DNA from: an uncultured Candidatus Competibacteraceae bacterium
GTDB taxonomy: Bacteria; Bacteroidota; Bacteroidia; CAIKAF01
NCBI GenBank assembly: GCA_964624635.1
Contig: CAZUXM010000001.1
Coordinates: 25,307 to 89,306 of the forward strand
DNA length: 64,000 bases
Direction of reading: 5' to 3'
Shown: positions 1 through 10,228 of the stretch, in pieces
Numbering within the stretch: the first letter of the stretch is position 1
Layout of the letters: each line of letters begins with the position of its first letter
Notes under the pieces: generated by a model
What the model saw: only the letters and a program-made list of their open reading frames with translations
What the model was told of the DNA's origin: nothing
The model's database searches: none
Translations under genes and position numbers: made by a program

Positions 1-1714
1 AATCAACTTCAAATATGTTTTCGGGTCTGAAGAGTACAAAGAATATGTAGGCTCAGATTTTAATGACGTTTTTGGATTCTTTTTAAGTGGTCCTAACCCT
101 TCCGGACCAGCTTATGTTGATAGAAATATTGCCTTGGTTCCGGGAAGTTCTACTCCGGTAGCCATCAACAATGTAAACCATATTACAAATACCGGTTATT
201 ATTTTGATAATGAAAGTCCAAGCCCGGGAGGTACCGTTCAATACGACGGATTTACCCGACCCTTGATTGCTATGGCTGCAGTAATTCCGTGTAGTACGTA
301 TACCATAAAAATTGCCATTGCTGATGTTGGAGACCCCATCTATGATTCGGGAGTATTTTTAGAAGCCCGCAGCTTTTCTTCAAACGGGCAGGATGTAAGC
401 TCAGAAATTGTGGGCTCATTTAATGCTGATACCCTTTACGAAACTTGCGGTGAAGCCGAAGTAACTTTTACTATTACCGGAAATACTTCTCAGCCCAATA
501 CCATTCAATACCAAATTTTAGGAAATGCAACCAATGGAGTAGATTATACTATTTCACCTCCCGGCACCACCGTTAATATTCCTGCAGGACAAAGCACCGG
601 TCAAATTACCATTACACCGATTAACGACGGAAACCCCGAAGGATTAGAATTTATTGTAATAGAATTAATAGATACCTCCGCATGTCCGAATGTACAAATG
701 CCAAGAGATACTATTTATCTTCAAAATGTAAACCCGCTTGTTATTAACGCAAGACCAGATACAGCATTGGTTTGTAATAATGAAGTATTGTATGCTTATG
801 CCAATACATCAGGAGGAGCAGGAAATATTACACTTAGCTGGAGTGATGGATTAGGTGACGGTAATCAAATTCCTTTTATTGCCAGAAATACTGAAACTTA
901 TGTTGTAACAGCTACTGATCAATGCGGGAATACAGTTGTTGACTCATTTACTGTTATCGTTCCAAATATTACACCACTTGTATTAACCTTTACTGAAGAT
1001 ACTGCCATTTGCCCGGGAACCCCGGTTACTTTAAATGCAACTGCTGGGGGTGGCATTGGAGATTTAACGTTAACATGGAGCACAGGAGAAATAAATATTT
1101 ATTCAAAGTTAGTAGCTCCACAACAAACTACTTTTTATAGTGTAATACTAACCGATAGTTGTGGAAATTCATTAACTGATGGTTCTTTAGTAACTGTGCT
1201 TGCTCCTGAAGTTTCTATTAGTTACATGTATAAAGACAACCGTGTGATTCAATTTTTCTCAACATCATCGCCTGATGTAGTTTCTTATTTCTGGGATTTT
1301 GGAGATGGACAAACCTCCACTGATCAAAACCCGGAACATACTTATGCAGATAGCGGATATTACAACGTAATGTTAGTAGTTACCAATCAATTTGGTTGTA
1401 CCGATACTGCTTTTGAAACTGTATATGCATATCCTGATTTCAGATTCTTTATCCCTAATACTTTTACTCCTAACCTGGATGCACTAAATGATATTTTCAC
1501 TGGTGTTGGAATGGGATTCATTAAATATGAAATGATCATATTCGACAGATGGGGAGTTGAAATATTCCATACGGATGACATTAATCGTGGATGGGATGGA
1601 GAAGATAGAAATGGAAGAAGATGTCCTATTGGCGTATATGCTTATCGGGTAGATTTGGAAACTCCGGCTCAACTCAAGTACAGATACATTGGCCATGTTA
1701 ATTTACTCCGATAA
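1..1714 (+). CDS. T9SS type B sorting-domain surface protein, 5' end cut by the window (choice-of-anchor-L-like, Calx-beta-like and PKD-like modules)
   Basis: Frame 2 is open from nt 2 (INFKYVFGSEEYKEYVGSDFNDVFGFFLSG...), so the ORF-track start at 134 is internal. GVDYT...ITPINDG looks Calx-beta-like and WDFGDGQTS..HTY looks PKD-like. The C-terminal FIPNTFTPN...DRWG...GWDG tail is typical of the gliding-motility/T9SS type B CTD. Confidence 0.8.
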   Translation, partial: INFKYVFGSEEYKEYVGSDFNDVFGFFLSGPNPSGPAYVDRNIALVPGSSTPVAINNVNHITNTGYYFDNESPSPGGTVQYDGFTRPLIAMAAVIPCSTYTIKIAIADVGDPIYDSGVFLEARSFSSNGQDVSSEIVGSFNADTLYETCGEAEVTFTITGNTSQPNTIQYQILGNATNGVDYTISPPGTTVNIPAGQSTGQITITPINDGNPEGLEFIVIELIDTSACPNVQMPRDTIYLQNVNPLVINARPDTALVCNNEVLYAYANTSGGAGNITLSWSDGLGDGNQIPFIARNTETYVVTATDQCGNTVVDSFTVIVPNITPLVLTFTEDTAICPGTPVTLNATAGGGIGDLTLTWSTGEINIYSKLVAPQQTTFYSVILTDSCGNSLTDGSLVTVLAPEVSISYMYKDNRVIQFFSTSSPDVVSYFWDFGDGQTSTDQNPEHTYADSGYYNVMLVVTNQFGCTDTAFETVYAYPDFRFFIPNTFTPNLDALNDIFTGVGMGFIKYEMIIFDRWGVEIFHTDDINRGWDGEDRNGRRCPIGVYAYRVDLETPAQLKYRYIGHVNLLR

Positions 1715-1717
1715 AAA

Positions 1718-3907
1718 ATGAAAAAATGGTTAGCTCTGATTCTTCTTGTGTGTTGTGTTACTACAACCAGAGCAACTCATATTATTGGTGGTGAATTATA
1801 CTACGATTGTTTAGGTGCCAATACTTACAGAATTACTTTAAAAGTTTATCGTGATTGTTATTTAGGTCAGGCAGGATATGATAACCCTGCAAATATTACT
1901 GTATGGACAGGTGTAGGCACCTATATGCAGGTAATTGAAGTTCCTTTCCCCGGATCAACCAATGTACCTTTCATTAGTAGCAACCCATGTTTTCAAGCAC
2001 CACCCAACGTATGTGTTGAGCAAGCCATTTATACAACAGTAGTTACTTTACCTGCTTCGCCCAGCGGATATATTTTTGCCTACCAACGTTGTTGCAGAAA
2101 TAATACCATCGTTAACCTGGTAGATCCAGGAAACACAGGAGCTACTTACATTGAACAAGTACCGTCCAATGATTTATGTAACAGCAGTCCAAGATTTAAT
2201 AATTTCCCTCCTATTGCATTATGTATTGGAGAACCTTTATATTTTAATCATTCGGCTACAGACCCTGATGGTGATTCTTTAGTGTATCAACTATGCTCGT
2301 CGTACGATGGCGCTTCAGGAACAGATCCTCAACCCTATATTACAAGTCCTCCTCCATTTTCTCCGATTACTTTTCAAGCACCCTATTCTTCTGCTTATCC
2401 TATTGCCAGTGTACCTCCTGCAAGTATAGATCCCATTACCGGATTATTAACGGTTAATCCAACACAATTAGGTCAGTATGTTGTGGGTGTATGTGTATCA
2501 GAATACAGAAACGGAGTATTAATTGGAACTCATACCCGAGATTTTCAATTTAATGTAACCAACTGTTTAAGTAATGTAGATTCGGAAACCGAATTGCCGG
2601 ATGCATTTGTGAGTGTTGGAGGTGTATATGAAAGTTGTGATGGTCTTACAGTACCTTTTGAAAATAACAGTATTAACGGATCATATTATTATTGGGATTT
2701 TGGTGTTCCTGCAGTTACTTCTGATACATCAGTAGCATTTGAACCTACGTATACATATCCCAATACAGGAACATATACCGTTATGCTGGTAGCCAATCCA
2801 GGATATTTTTGTGCTGATACTGATTATGTAACTATACATATAAGAGCTTTAATGGACGTTGACTTTACATCTCCACCCGGGCAATGTATTGACTTTAATA
2901 GTTATGATTTTGCCGCCAGCGGAATCATTCCGGCAGGTACTACTTTTGATTGGGATTTTGCCCCTAATGGAATTCCTATCAGTTCAACATTACAAAATCC
3001 AACTAATATATTCTTCACTCAACCCGGTATTTATCCTATCGAATTAATTGCTGATTATGATGGATGTTTAGATACCGCCATACATGATATTATTGTATAC
3101 GGACACCCGACGGTAGATATCTCAGTGGATACAACGGGTTGTGTTCCTTACCCTGCACAGTTTACTGCTAACGTAGATACTGCATTTAATGATTTGGTAT
3201 ATCATTGGACGTTTGGTGATGGAGGTACATCAGCAGAAGAAGATCCATTGCACCTATATACTTCTGTAGATACTTTTTCAGTGAGTTTTCAATTGGTATC
3301 ACTCACCGGTTGTATGGATACCATTATCATTAACAGACCTGATTGGGTAATCGTTTATCCAATTCCAAATGCAAATTTTACGGTTGAGCCTATAGAGCAA
3401 TCTATTTTCTTCCCGCATTTTTATATTACCGATTTATCGTCGAATGGAGTGGTTGATTGTTATTATGATTATGACAATGGGGATATATCGGCTGATTGTA
3501 TTGATGGATGGTATACTTATTCGGATACCGGTCATTATAACCTTACCCAATATGTATTTAATATTTACAATTGCCCTGATACGATGGTGGTACCAATTAT
3601 AGTTAAACCTGAGTTTGTATTTAATATACCTAATACATTTACGCCAAACTATGATGGGAAAAACGAGGGATTTAGAGGCAAGGGAATTGGTATTAAAGAA
3701 TACGACTTTAGAATCTATGACCGTTGGGGTCGTACCTTATTTAAAACCAACGATCAGTTGGAAGAATGGAACGGATGTTTAAATAATCAGGGGATTTTAT
3801 TACCTGAAGATATCTATGTTTACTCTGTTGACATCGTAGATGTTTTTGATCAAAAACATCGTTTCCGAGGGAAGGTATTGCTGTTAAGGTCGACATTTTC
3901 GAATTAG
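1718..3907 (+). CDS. T9SS type B sorting-domain protein with PKD-like repeats
   Basis: Signal peptide MKKWLALILLVCCV. Repeated WDFG..(T/S)..P.HTY PKD-like segments. C-terminal NIPNTFTPNYDGKNEGF...DRWG...EWNG tail. Starts 3 nt after the previous paralogous gene. Confidence 0.85.
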   Translation: MKKWLALILLVCCVTTTRATHIIGGELYYDCLGANTYRITLKVYRDCYLGQAGYDNPANITVWTGVGTYMQVIEVPFPGSTNVPFISSNPCFQAPPNVCVEQAIYTTVVTLPASPSGYIFAYQRCCRNNTIVNLVDPGNTGATYIEQVPSNDLCNSSPRFNNFPPIALCIGEPLYFNHSATDPDGDSLVYQLCSSYDGASGTDPQPYITSPPPFSPITFQAPYSSAYPIASVPPASIDPITGLLTVNPTQLGQYVVGVCVSEYRNGVLIGTHTRDFQFNVTNCLSNVDSETELPDAFVSVGGVYESCDGLTVPFENNSINGSYYYWDFGVPAVTSDTSVAFEPTYTYPNTGTYTVMLVANPGYFCADTDYVTIHIRALMDVDFTSPPGQCIDFNSYDFAASGIIPAGTTFDWDFAPNGIPISSTLQNPTNIFFTQPGIYPIELIADYDGCLDTAIHDIIVYGHPTVDISVDTTGCVPYPAQFTANVDTAFNDLVYHWTFGDGGTSAEEDPLHLYTSVDTFSVSFQLVSLTGCMDTIIINRPDWVIVYPIPNANFTVEPIEQSIFFPHFYITDLSSNGVVDCYYDYDNGDISADCIDGWYTYSDTGHYNLTQYVFNIYNCPDTMVVPIIVKPEFVFNIPNTFTPNYDGKNEGFRGKGIGIKEYDFRIYDRWGRTLFKTNDQLEEWNGCLNNQGILLPEDIYVYSVDIVDVFDQKHRFRGKVLLLRSTFSN

Positions 3908-4560
3908 CAACGGGCTACCTGCTCAAACAAATAATATTTTGTGTTGTTTCCACTTGTAATAAATAAGTATGAAACCCTTTTCGAACAAAATTCAGATTGA
4001 AACTCCTCTATACCAATGATACATTTTTTCTTATCTATTGAAAATACAGGAATCCCAATAGTCAGTCTAGGATAAGAATCCGAATTAGTAGTATTCTTAA
4101 TTAAACTAGACCACTTAAATTCATTTGTATATAAAAGTTCTAATTGATCTAAAATAAAATCATTGTCCTGCTGAGTGAAAACTTTCATCTCTTTTGACCT
4201 ATAAGTATTTTCAGAACCAACGGTCACATTCTTTAGCATTGAAGAAGGAGAATATACAGTAAATGTGGGATAAAACAAATCATACACTGTAGCATTTATA
4301 TTGATTAGGTTTTCTTTAGTCAATAATTGATAAATCCTTTCAATATCATTGTGCTCAATTCTAGTTTTATATTTTTTCTCTAAGTTATTGTTTACCCCTT
4401 CCCAAGTTTTTGAAAATCTAGTATCCTTTAGTACTACTTTGTTATTGGGAGTGTCTGAAATTAAAGTACTATCAATATGCTTTTGTTTATTATCATTTCT
4501 ACCAATGCAAGATAAAAGAAACACAGAGGTGGTTATTAATAAAAACAGATTTCTTGCCAT
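3904..4560 (-). CDS. hypothetical lipoprotein
   Basis: 218-aa ORF with lipobox-like N-terminus (LLITTSVFLLSC). I recognise no catalytic motif. Confidence 0.6.
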   Translation of the reverse strand: MARNLFLLITTSVFLLSCIGRNDNKQKHIDSTLISDTPNNKVVLKDTRFSKTWEGVNNNLEKKYKTRIEHNDIERIYQLLTKENLININATVYDLFYPTFTVYSPSSMLKNVTVGSENTYRSKEMKVFTQQDNDFILDQLELLYTNEFKWSSLIKNTTNSDSYPRLTIGIPVFSIDKKKCIIGIEEFQSEFCSKRVSYLFITSGNNTKYYLFEQVARC

Positions 4561-4577
4561 AAATTATTGAAGAAGTC

Positions 4578-6638
4578 CTACCACATAATACACCTTTTAT
4601 CCTCGGGGATAAACATTTTGTTTTTGTCGGTTACATTAAATGCTTTATAAAACTCCGGGAAGTTGGAAAGCACCATAATTACCCTGGCTTTAGGGGGTGA
4701 ATGTGGATCGGTATATAAACGTTGGATCACTTCATCTTTACGATAATGGGTTCTCCAGATCTGTGCAAAGTTGATAAAGAATCGTTGGTCAGCATTGAGT
4801 CCACCAATCATTTCATCTTTTTTATTGGCTGTGGCCTTTTTATAAGCCGTATAAGCAATGATCATTCCTCCAAGGTCAGCAATATTCTCACCAAGGGTTA
4901 ACTCTCCGTTTACGTGGATAGAATCGATGGCAACAAAACCGTTGTATTGCTCCACAAATCTTTTTGAAAGGTTAACGAAGTTTTCACGGTCCTTATCTGT
5001 CCACCAGTTGGTTAAATTACCGTTGGCATCAAACTGGCTTCCCTGGTCATCAAAACCATGGGTAAGTTCATGTCCTATTACCATACCTATACCACCGTAG
5101 TTAACGGCATCATCTGCATTCGCATCAAAGAAAGGAGGTTGTAAAATAGCCGCCGGGAAAACAATTTCATTCAATAACGGATTATAATAAGCATTAATAG
5201 TTTGTGGACCCATGCCCCATTCCGTACGATCAATAGGCTTTCCTAATTTGTTCAGGTTACGTTGAAAATCGAACGAAGTAGCCGCCATAACATTTAAAAC
5301 AAAATGTTGTTTTTTAATTCCTATCCCTTCGTAACTTCTCCATTTATCAGGGTAACCAATTTTTACCATGATTTTTTGCAATTTTTCCTGCGCTTTTTGT
5401 TTGGTAGAATCTCCCATCCAGGTCAATCCTTTAATTCTTTCGCTTAAAGCATTGCGTAAATTCTCTACTAACTCTAATGCTTTTTTCTTTGATTTTTCGT
5501 CAAATGCTACTTTTACATATTCCTGTCCTATTGCATCACGTAATAAATCATCCGATAAATAAGTAATACGTTTCCAGCGAGGTTCTTGTGTTTCTATTCC
5601 ACTGAGTTGTTTCTCGTAAAAGTCAAATGAAGCTTTTTCAAAATCAGCACTTAATTGAGAAGCAAAACTGTTGATTAAATGAAATTTTAAATAATCTTTC
5701 CAATTAGCAATATCTGTTTTCTTTAAAAGTCCGTTCCATGTTTTTAAGTATTCGGGCATACCTACTACTAAACTATCCATAGCAGGAGCACCTAACTCTT
5801 TAAAATAAAGATCCCAGTTAAAATTAGGTGATGCCTTTTTAAGATCAGCCATCCCCATTTTATTGTAAACTGCATATGGGTCACGTTGTTGAACCAATGT
5901 CATATGAGATTTGGCCAACTGCATTTCAATATCAAATACGTTTGATGCTTGTTTAGTAGCTGTTGCATCATCCGATCCGCTTAAAACAAAAATTTGCTTT
6001 ACATAAGCTTTATAGGCCTCTCTATCGGCTTTTGATTTATCATCATTTCTAAAATAATAATCACGGTCAGGCATTCCTAATCCTGATTGATATAAGAACC
6101 CAATATACTGGGTAGTATTTTTAAAATCCTGCTCAACAAAAAATCCAACCGGAGTTACACTTCCTGATTTTGATACTTTTCCATAGTAAGCAGATATCCC
6201 ATCTGTTGAGTTTAACCCGTCAATTTCACTCAATAATCCTTTTAAGGGCTCCAATCCGGCTTTATCAATTCCGGCAGAATCCATTCCGGAGGCATAAAAA
6301 TCACCAATGATTTGTGTATTACTACCTGCTTCAGCATTGGCTTTAGATGCTTTTTCCTGAATATCTTTGAGAATATTACTACTGGTTTCTTGTAAAATAG
6401 AAAACATTCCCCAACCATTTTTTGATGCAGGAATAGGATTTTGTTCTATCCATTTTTTATTTACATGTTCAAAAAAATCGTCTCCCGGAGCAATGGTTGA
6501 ATCCAATAAAGAAACATCAATAGCAGCTGATTTTTTATCCTTGTCATCTTTTGAATTGTTTTTCCCTTTACCACAAGAGGTAATCAATAAGGCTGATGTT
6601 ACAGAAATGGCTACGGAAGCAAGTAATTTAGTTCTCAT
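4578..6638 (-). CDS. M13 family zinc metallopeptidase (PepO/neprilysin-like) lipoprotein
   Basis: HELTHGF (HExxH) zinc motif, downstream GENIADLGG (ExxxD) motif, NAYY motif, lipobox LLITSC. The 686-aa length fits the family. Confidence 0.9.
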   Translation of the reverse strand: MRTKLLASVAISVTSALLITSCGKGKNNSKDDKDKKSAAIDVSLLDSTIAPGDDFFEHVNKKWIEQNPIPASKNGWGMFSILQETSSNILKDIQEKASKANAEAGSNTQIIGDFYASGMDSAGIDKAGLEPLKGLLSEIDGLNSTDGISAYYGKVSKSGSVTPVGFFVEQDFKNTTQYIGFLYQSGLGMPDRDYYFRNDDKSKADREAYKAYVKQIFVLSGSDDATATKQASNVFDIEMQLAKSHMTLVQQRDPYAVYNKMGMADLKKASPNFNWDLYFKELGAPAMDSLVVGMPEYLKTWNGLLKKTDIANWKDYLKFHLINSFASQLSADFEKASFDFYEKQLSGIETQEPRWKRITYLSDDLLRDAIGQEYVKVAFDEKSKKKALELVENLRNALSERIKGLTWMGDSTKQKAQEKLQKIMVKIGYPDKWRSYEGIGIKKQHFVLNVMAATSFDFQRNLNKLGKPIDRTEWGMGPQTINAYYNPLLNEIVFPAAILQPPFFDANADDAVNYGGIGMVIGHELTHGFDDQGSQFDANGNLTNWWTDKDRENFVNLSKRFVEQYNGFVAIDSIHVNGELTLGENIADLGGMIIAYTAYKKATANKKDEMIGGLNADQRFFINFAQIWRTHYRKDEVIQRLYTDPHSPPKARVIMVLSNFPEFYKAFNVTDKNKMFIPEDKRCIMW

Positions 6639-6693
6639 AATAATCTAAGCAAGTAACACAAATATAGAATTCCTGAGATATTGGGGTGAGCTT

Positions 6694-7917
6694 TTAATAA
6701 ATATTGGCAATTTCAAGAGTTTTTAAGTCTTTCCAAAAATCCGGGTATGACTTGGATACCACGTCCGGATTATTGATACTCACTTCAATATCCAGCTGTA
6801 CTATGGCAGCTAATGACATGGCCATTCTATGGTCATGATAAGTATCAAAACTCACTTGTGAAGGTAGTTCACCATAGTTTTTAATCGTAAATGATTGGGG
6901 GGTATATTCCAATTCCACATTGATTTTACCCAATTCGGTAGCTATCGCCTCAATACGGTTTGATTCTTTTTGGGGTAACGTATCTAAACCGGTAAATGAT
7001 ACAATAGTTTTATTAAGAACACAAGCAACAGCTAAGGGGGGGAAAAGATCGGGCTCATTGGTAAGGTCAAATGATACTTGGTTACTTGTTGAATCATTTT
7101 TTGTTATTCTTATCCCTTCGGTAAGGGTTTCGGTAGTAACACCCAGCATAGAAAAATATTCGGCACATTTTTTATCCCCTTGTAAACTATCTAATGAAAT
7201 ATTTTTGATAATAAGGCTGGCTCCTACTTTTGCGCCTGAAATAAATGAATATATCATGGCTGCTGAACTCCAATCACCTTCAACCGTATATTCTTTTGCC
7301 AAATAATTTTGTTCTTCTATACAAATTATATTCTCGTTTCTTACATAAGAAACTCCAAAATATTTCATCAGCTTCAACGTCATTTCAATATACGGTTCCG
7401 AAACAATTTTACCATCTATGGTGAGTTCTAATCCATTTTTTATGTAAGGGGCTATCATTAGAATTGAAGAAATAAATTGGGAACTCTTACTTCCATCAAT
7501 GGTTATTTTTCCTCCTGTTAGTTCAGTACCTGTTATTTGTAGAGGAGGATAATAAGGAACACCGGTATAAGATATTTGAGCTCCTAACTGCATAAGACAT
7601 TCTACCAAATCACTAATAGGTCGTTGGTTTAATCTTATTGAACGACCAATGATCGGTACTCCTGATTGTAATGCAAAAAACCCTGTTAAAAAACGCATAT
7701 TGGTACCTGCAGGACCTACATCAATAATTTCAGAATTAGAATGAATTACCTCTAATAAATTTTTTGTATCGTCGGCTTCTGACAAATGATGAATCTCAAA
7801 ATCTTCTCCCGATAATGCACGAATGATTATAGCTCTGTTGCTTATACTTTTTGAGTAGGGAACCGTGATTGCTCCTTCATAAAAACCTGTATTTTTTTTT
7901 AATGTAACAGATTTCAT
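6694..7917 (-). CDS. aroA: 3-phosphoshikimate 1-carboxyvinyltransferase (EPSP synthase)
   Basis: 407 aa. N-terminal PYSKSISNRA, GTNMRFL and NRIEA...DHRMAMS signatures of EPSP synthases. Overlaps aroB by 4 nt (ATGA). Confidence 0.9.
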   Translation of the reverse strand: MKSVTLKKNTGFYEGAITVPYSKSISNRAIIIRALSGEDFEIHHLSEADDTKNLLEVIHSNSEIIDVGPAGTNMRFLTGFFALQSGVPIIGRSIRLNQRPISDLVECLMQLGAQISYTGVPYYPPLQITGTELTGGKITIDGSKSSQFISSILMIAPYIKNGLELTIDGKIVSEPYIEMTLKLMKYFGVSYVRNENIICIEEQNYLAKEYTVEGDWSSAAMIYSFISGAKVGASLIIKNISLDSLQGDKKCAEYFSMLGVTTETLTEGIRITKNDSTSNQVSFDLTNEPDLFPPLAVACVLNKTIVSFTGLDTLPQKESNRIEAIATELGKINVELEYTPQSFTIKNYGELPSQVSFDTYHDHRMAMSLAAIVQLDIEVSINNPDVVSKSYPDFWKDLKTLEIANIY

Positions 7918-8954
7918 GAATTGATATAAAAATTAAATCCCTTACGAATGATAGGTTCATCAATATATTGATCCCAATTAGCCCCGCCGATTTGAGTAAT
8001 TAAGCTGAAGGATATTTTTTTACCTGTATTTTTTTTATCCTGGTACATATACCCCATATATTCTTCTATTTGAAAACGCTCCAATGGCAATTTTGTATAA
8101 TGTTTCCTTAGATAACTAACCCCTTCGTTCATTTGCTCGATTGAAATAAGGTCTAGTTTATTCGAAATAAACAATTCAATGATGAGACCCGAAACCACGG
8201 CTTCTCCATGGCCTATTGGACTTCCATTGTTTAGAAATGTGGATTCAACGGCATGCCCAATGGTATGTCCTGCATTCAATATTTTTCTGAGGCCTTTTTC
8301 ATAAGGATCTTTTTCAACTACATTTTTTTTAATCGAAACGGATGTTGATATCAATGATGTGATGTTTTTCAATGGATTTTCTTTTATCGATTCCCAATAG
8401 TCAGTATCAGCTATTAAAGCATGTTTTAAAGCTTCAGCGGCACCATTCATTTTTTCATGATGGGGTAAAGTATCCAAAAATTTACTGGAAATAAATACCT
8501 GCTCAGGCCATGAGAAAGTACCAATCATATTTTTATTTCCTAAAAAGTCAACTCCCGTTTTTCCGCCGATAGAAGCATCTAACTGAGCAAGCAATGTAGT
8601 AGGTATAAGTACTGATCTTATTCCTCTTTTATAGATACTGGCCACAAAAGCGCCTATATCACAAATTACACCACCTCCCAATGAAATCAAAATGGATTTT
8701 TTACCTGCCTTCTGTTGTATTAATTGCTGAATTATGTTTTCAACGGTTTCTAAGGTTTTGTATTCTTCACCGGGTTTTACAACAATATACTGCGTATTAT
8801 GATGAAAGATGTTCTGTATAAGAGGTAAACAAAGTCTGTTAGTATTTTCATCCATTAAAACAAATACGGGCTCCTGAGCTGTTTGCTTGGCTATCCACTG
8901 CGCAAAGTGGCTAAAGGTATGATCTAGCTGAATATTGAGTGAAATGGTCGACAT
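7914..8954 (-). CDS. aroB: 3-dehydroquinate synthase
   Basis: GGGVICDIGAFVAS glycine-rich NAD motif, LNAGHTIGHAVE and HGEAV metal-binding histidines. 346 aa. Coupled to aroA. Confidence 0.9.
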   Translation of the reverse strand: MSTISLNIQLDHTFSHFAQWIAKQTAQEPVFVLMDENTNRLCLPLIQNIFHHNTQYIVVKPGEEYKTLETVENIIQQLIQQKAGKKSILISLGGGVICDIGAFVASIYKRGIRSVLIPTTLLAQLDASIGGKTGVDFLGNKNMIGTFSWPEQVFISSKFLDTLPHHEKMNGAAEALKHALIADTDYWESIKENPLKNITSLISTSVSIKKNVVEKDPYEKGLRKILNAGHTIGHAVESTFLNNGSPIGHGEAVVSGLIIELFISNKLDLISIEQMNEGVSYLRKHYTKLPLERFQIEEYMGYMYQDKKNTGKKISFSLITQIGGANWDQYIDEPIIRKGFNFYINS

Positions 8955-9049
8955 ATGCTCTGTAGGTCAATATTAGCAGGGTTTCGTGAATAAACAAAAT
9001 AGTTGAGGTATTGGGGCGTGCTAACGACTCATTATTTGCGTAAGAGTTA

Positions 9050-9057
9050 TACATTTG
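9050..9057 (+). promoter_or_regulatory. Bacteroidota -7 box TACATTTG, 6 nt upstream of the proline dehydrogenase ATG
   Basis: Exact match to TAnnTTTG. Confidence 0.4.
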
Positions 9058-9063
9058 CAGCTC

Positions 9064-10227
9064 ATGTTAAGTTTCGATAATACGGAAGTTGCCTTTGAGA
9101 GTAAATCAAATGCTGAGCTTAAAAGGGCTCATTTTTTATTTAATAGCATTGGTAAAAGATGGTTGGTTAGTTTTGGAAAAAAGTTTACTGGATTTGCGTT
9201 TAGCATAGGATTGCCCATCAAATCAATTATAAAAGCTACCATTTTTAAGCAATTTGTGGGAGGCGAAAACATTGATGATTGCGAAAAAACAATTGACTCA
9301 CTTAACAAGTTTGGAATAGGCACCATACTTGACTATTCTGTTGAAGGTAAAGAAGAGGAATCAAGCTTTGATGCTGCTGAGCAAGAACTGTTAAGGGCCA
9401 TCAAAAAAGCAGGTGAAGATAATAGAGTAGCTTTTTCGGTTTTTAAAGTATCAGGGTTGGGGCGTCATTATATTTTAGATAAAAAAAGTAAAAATGAAGC
9501 CTTTTCCGGAGATGAGAAAGAAGAGTGGGAACGTATTTATAAAAGAGTTTTTACCATATGCGAAGCTTCTTCGAAAATTAAACGACCCATATTTGTAGAT
9601 GCTGAGGAAAGTTGGATACAACCTGCCATTGATGAATTAGCATTAGACATGATGCGAAAATTTAATTCGCAACAATGTATTGTATATAATACAGCTCAGC
9701 TGTATAGACATGATCGATTGGCTTATGTGAAAGAAATTTTTGAACTTTCACAAAAAGAAAATTTCATTTCAGGATTCAAATTAGTTAGAGGTGCTTACAT
9801 GGAAAAAGAGAGAAAAAGGGCCGCTGAAATGAATTACGAAGATCCTATTCAACCTGATAAGGAAGCATCAGACAGAGATTTTGATGCCGCTCTATTGTTT
9901 TGTGTGGAACGCATTGAAAAAATGGCTATTTGCCTTGGAACACATAACGAAAACAGCAGTAAAAAACTGGCTGAAGAAATGCGAAAAAGAAATATAAAAT
10001 CCAATCATTCTCATATATATTTTGCTCAGTTATTAGGAATGAGTGACCATATCAGTTATAATTTATCTAAAGAAGGTTTTAATGTGGCAAAATATGTTCC
10101 TTATGGTCCGGTAAAAGAAGTAGTTCCTTATCTTATCCGAAGGGCTGAAGAAAATACTTCAGTAAAAGGGCAAACGGGAAGAGAGCTATCTCTCATCAAA
10201 AAAGAATTAGCAAGAAGGAAGTTATAG
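9064..10227 (+). CDS. proline dehydrogenase family protein
   Basis: Length and the motifs VDAEESW, QLYRHD, KLVRGAY.EKER, THN and YVPYGP...YL.RRA.EN match stand-alone PutA-type proline dehydrogenases. I prefer the ATG at 9064 to the TTG at 9055, which lies inside the promoter box. Confidence 0.85.
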   Translation: MLSFDNTEVAFESKSNAELKRAHFLFNSIGKRWLVSFGKKFTGFAFSIGLPIKSIIKATIFKQFVGGENIDDCEKTIDSLNKFGIGTILDYSVEGKEEESSFDAAEQELLRAIKKAGEDNRVAFSVFKVSGLGRHYILDKKSKNEAFSGDEKEEWERIYKRVFTICEASSKIKRPIFVDAEESWIQPAIDELALDMMRKFNSQQCIVYNTAQLYRHDRLAYVKEIFELSQKENFISGFKLVRGAYMEKERKRAAEMNYEDPIQPDKEASDRDFDAALLFCVERIEKMAICLGTHNENSSKKLAEEMRKRNIKSNHSHIYFAQLLGMSDHISYNLSKEGFNVAKYVPYGPVKEVVPYLIRRAEENTSVKGQTGRELSLIKKELARRKL

Positions 10228-10228
10228 T

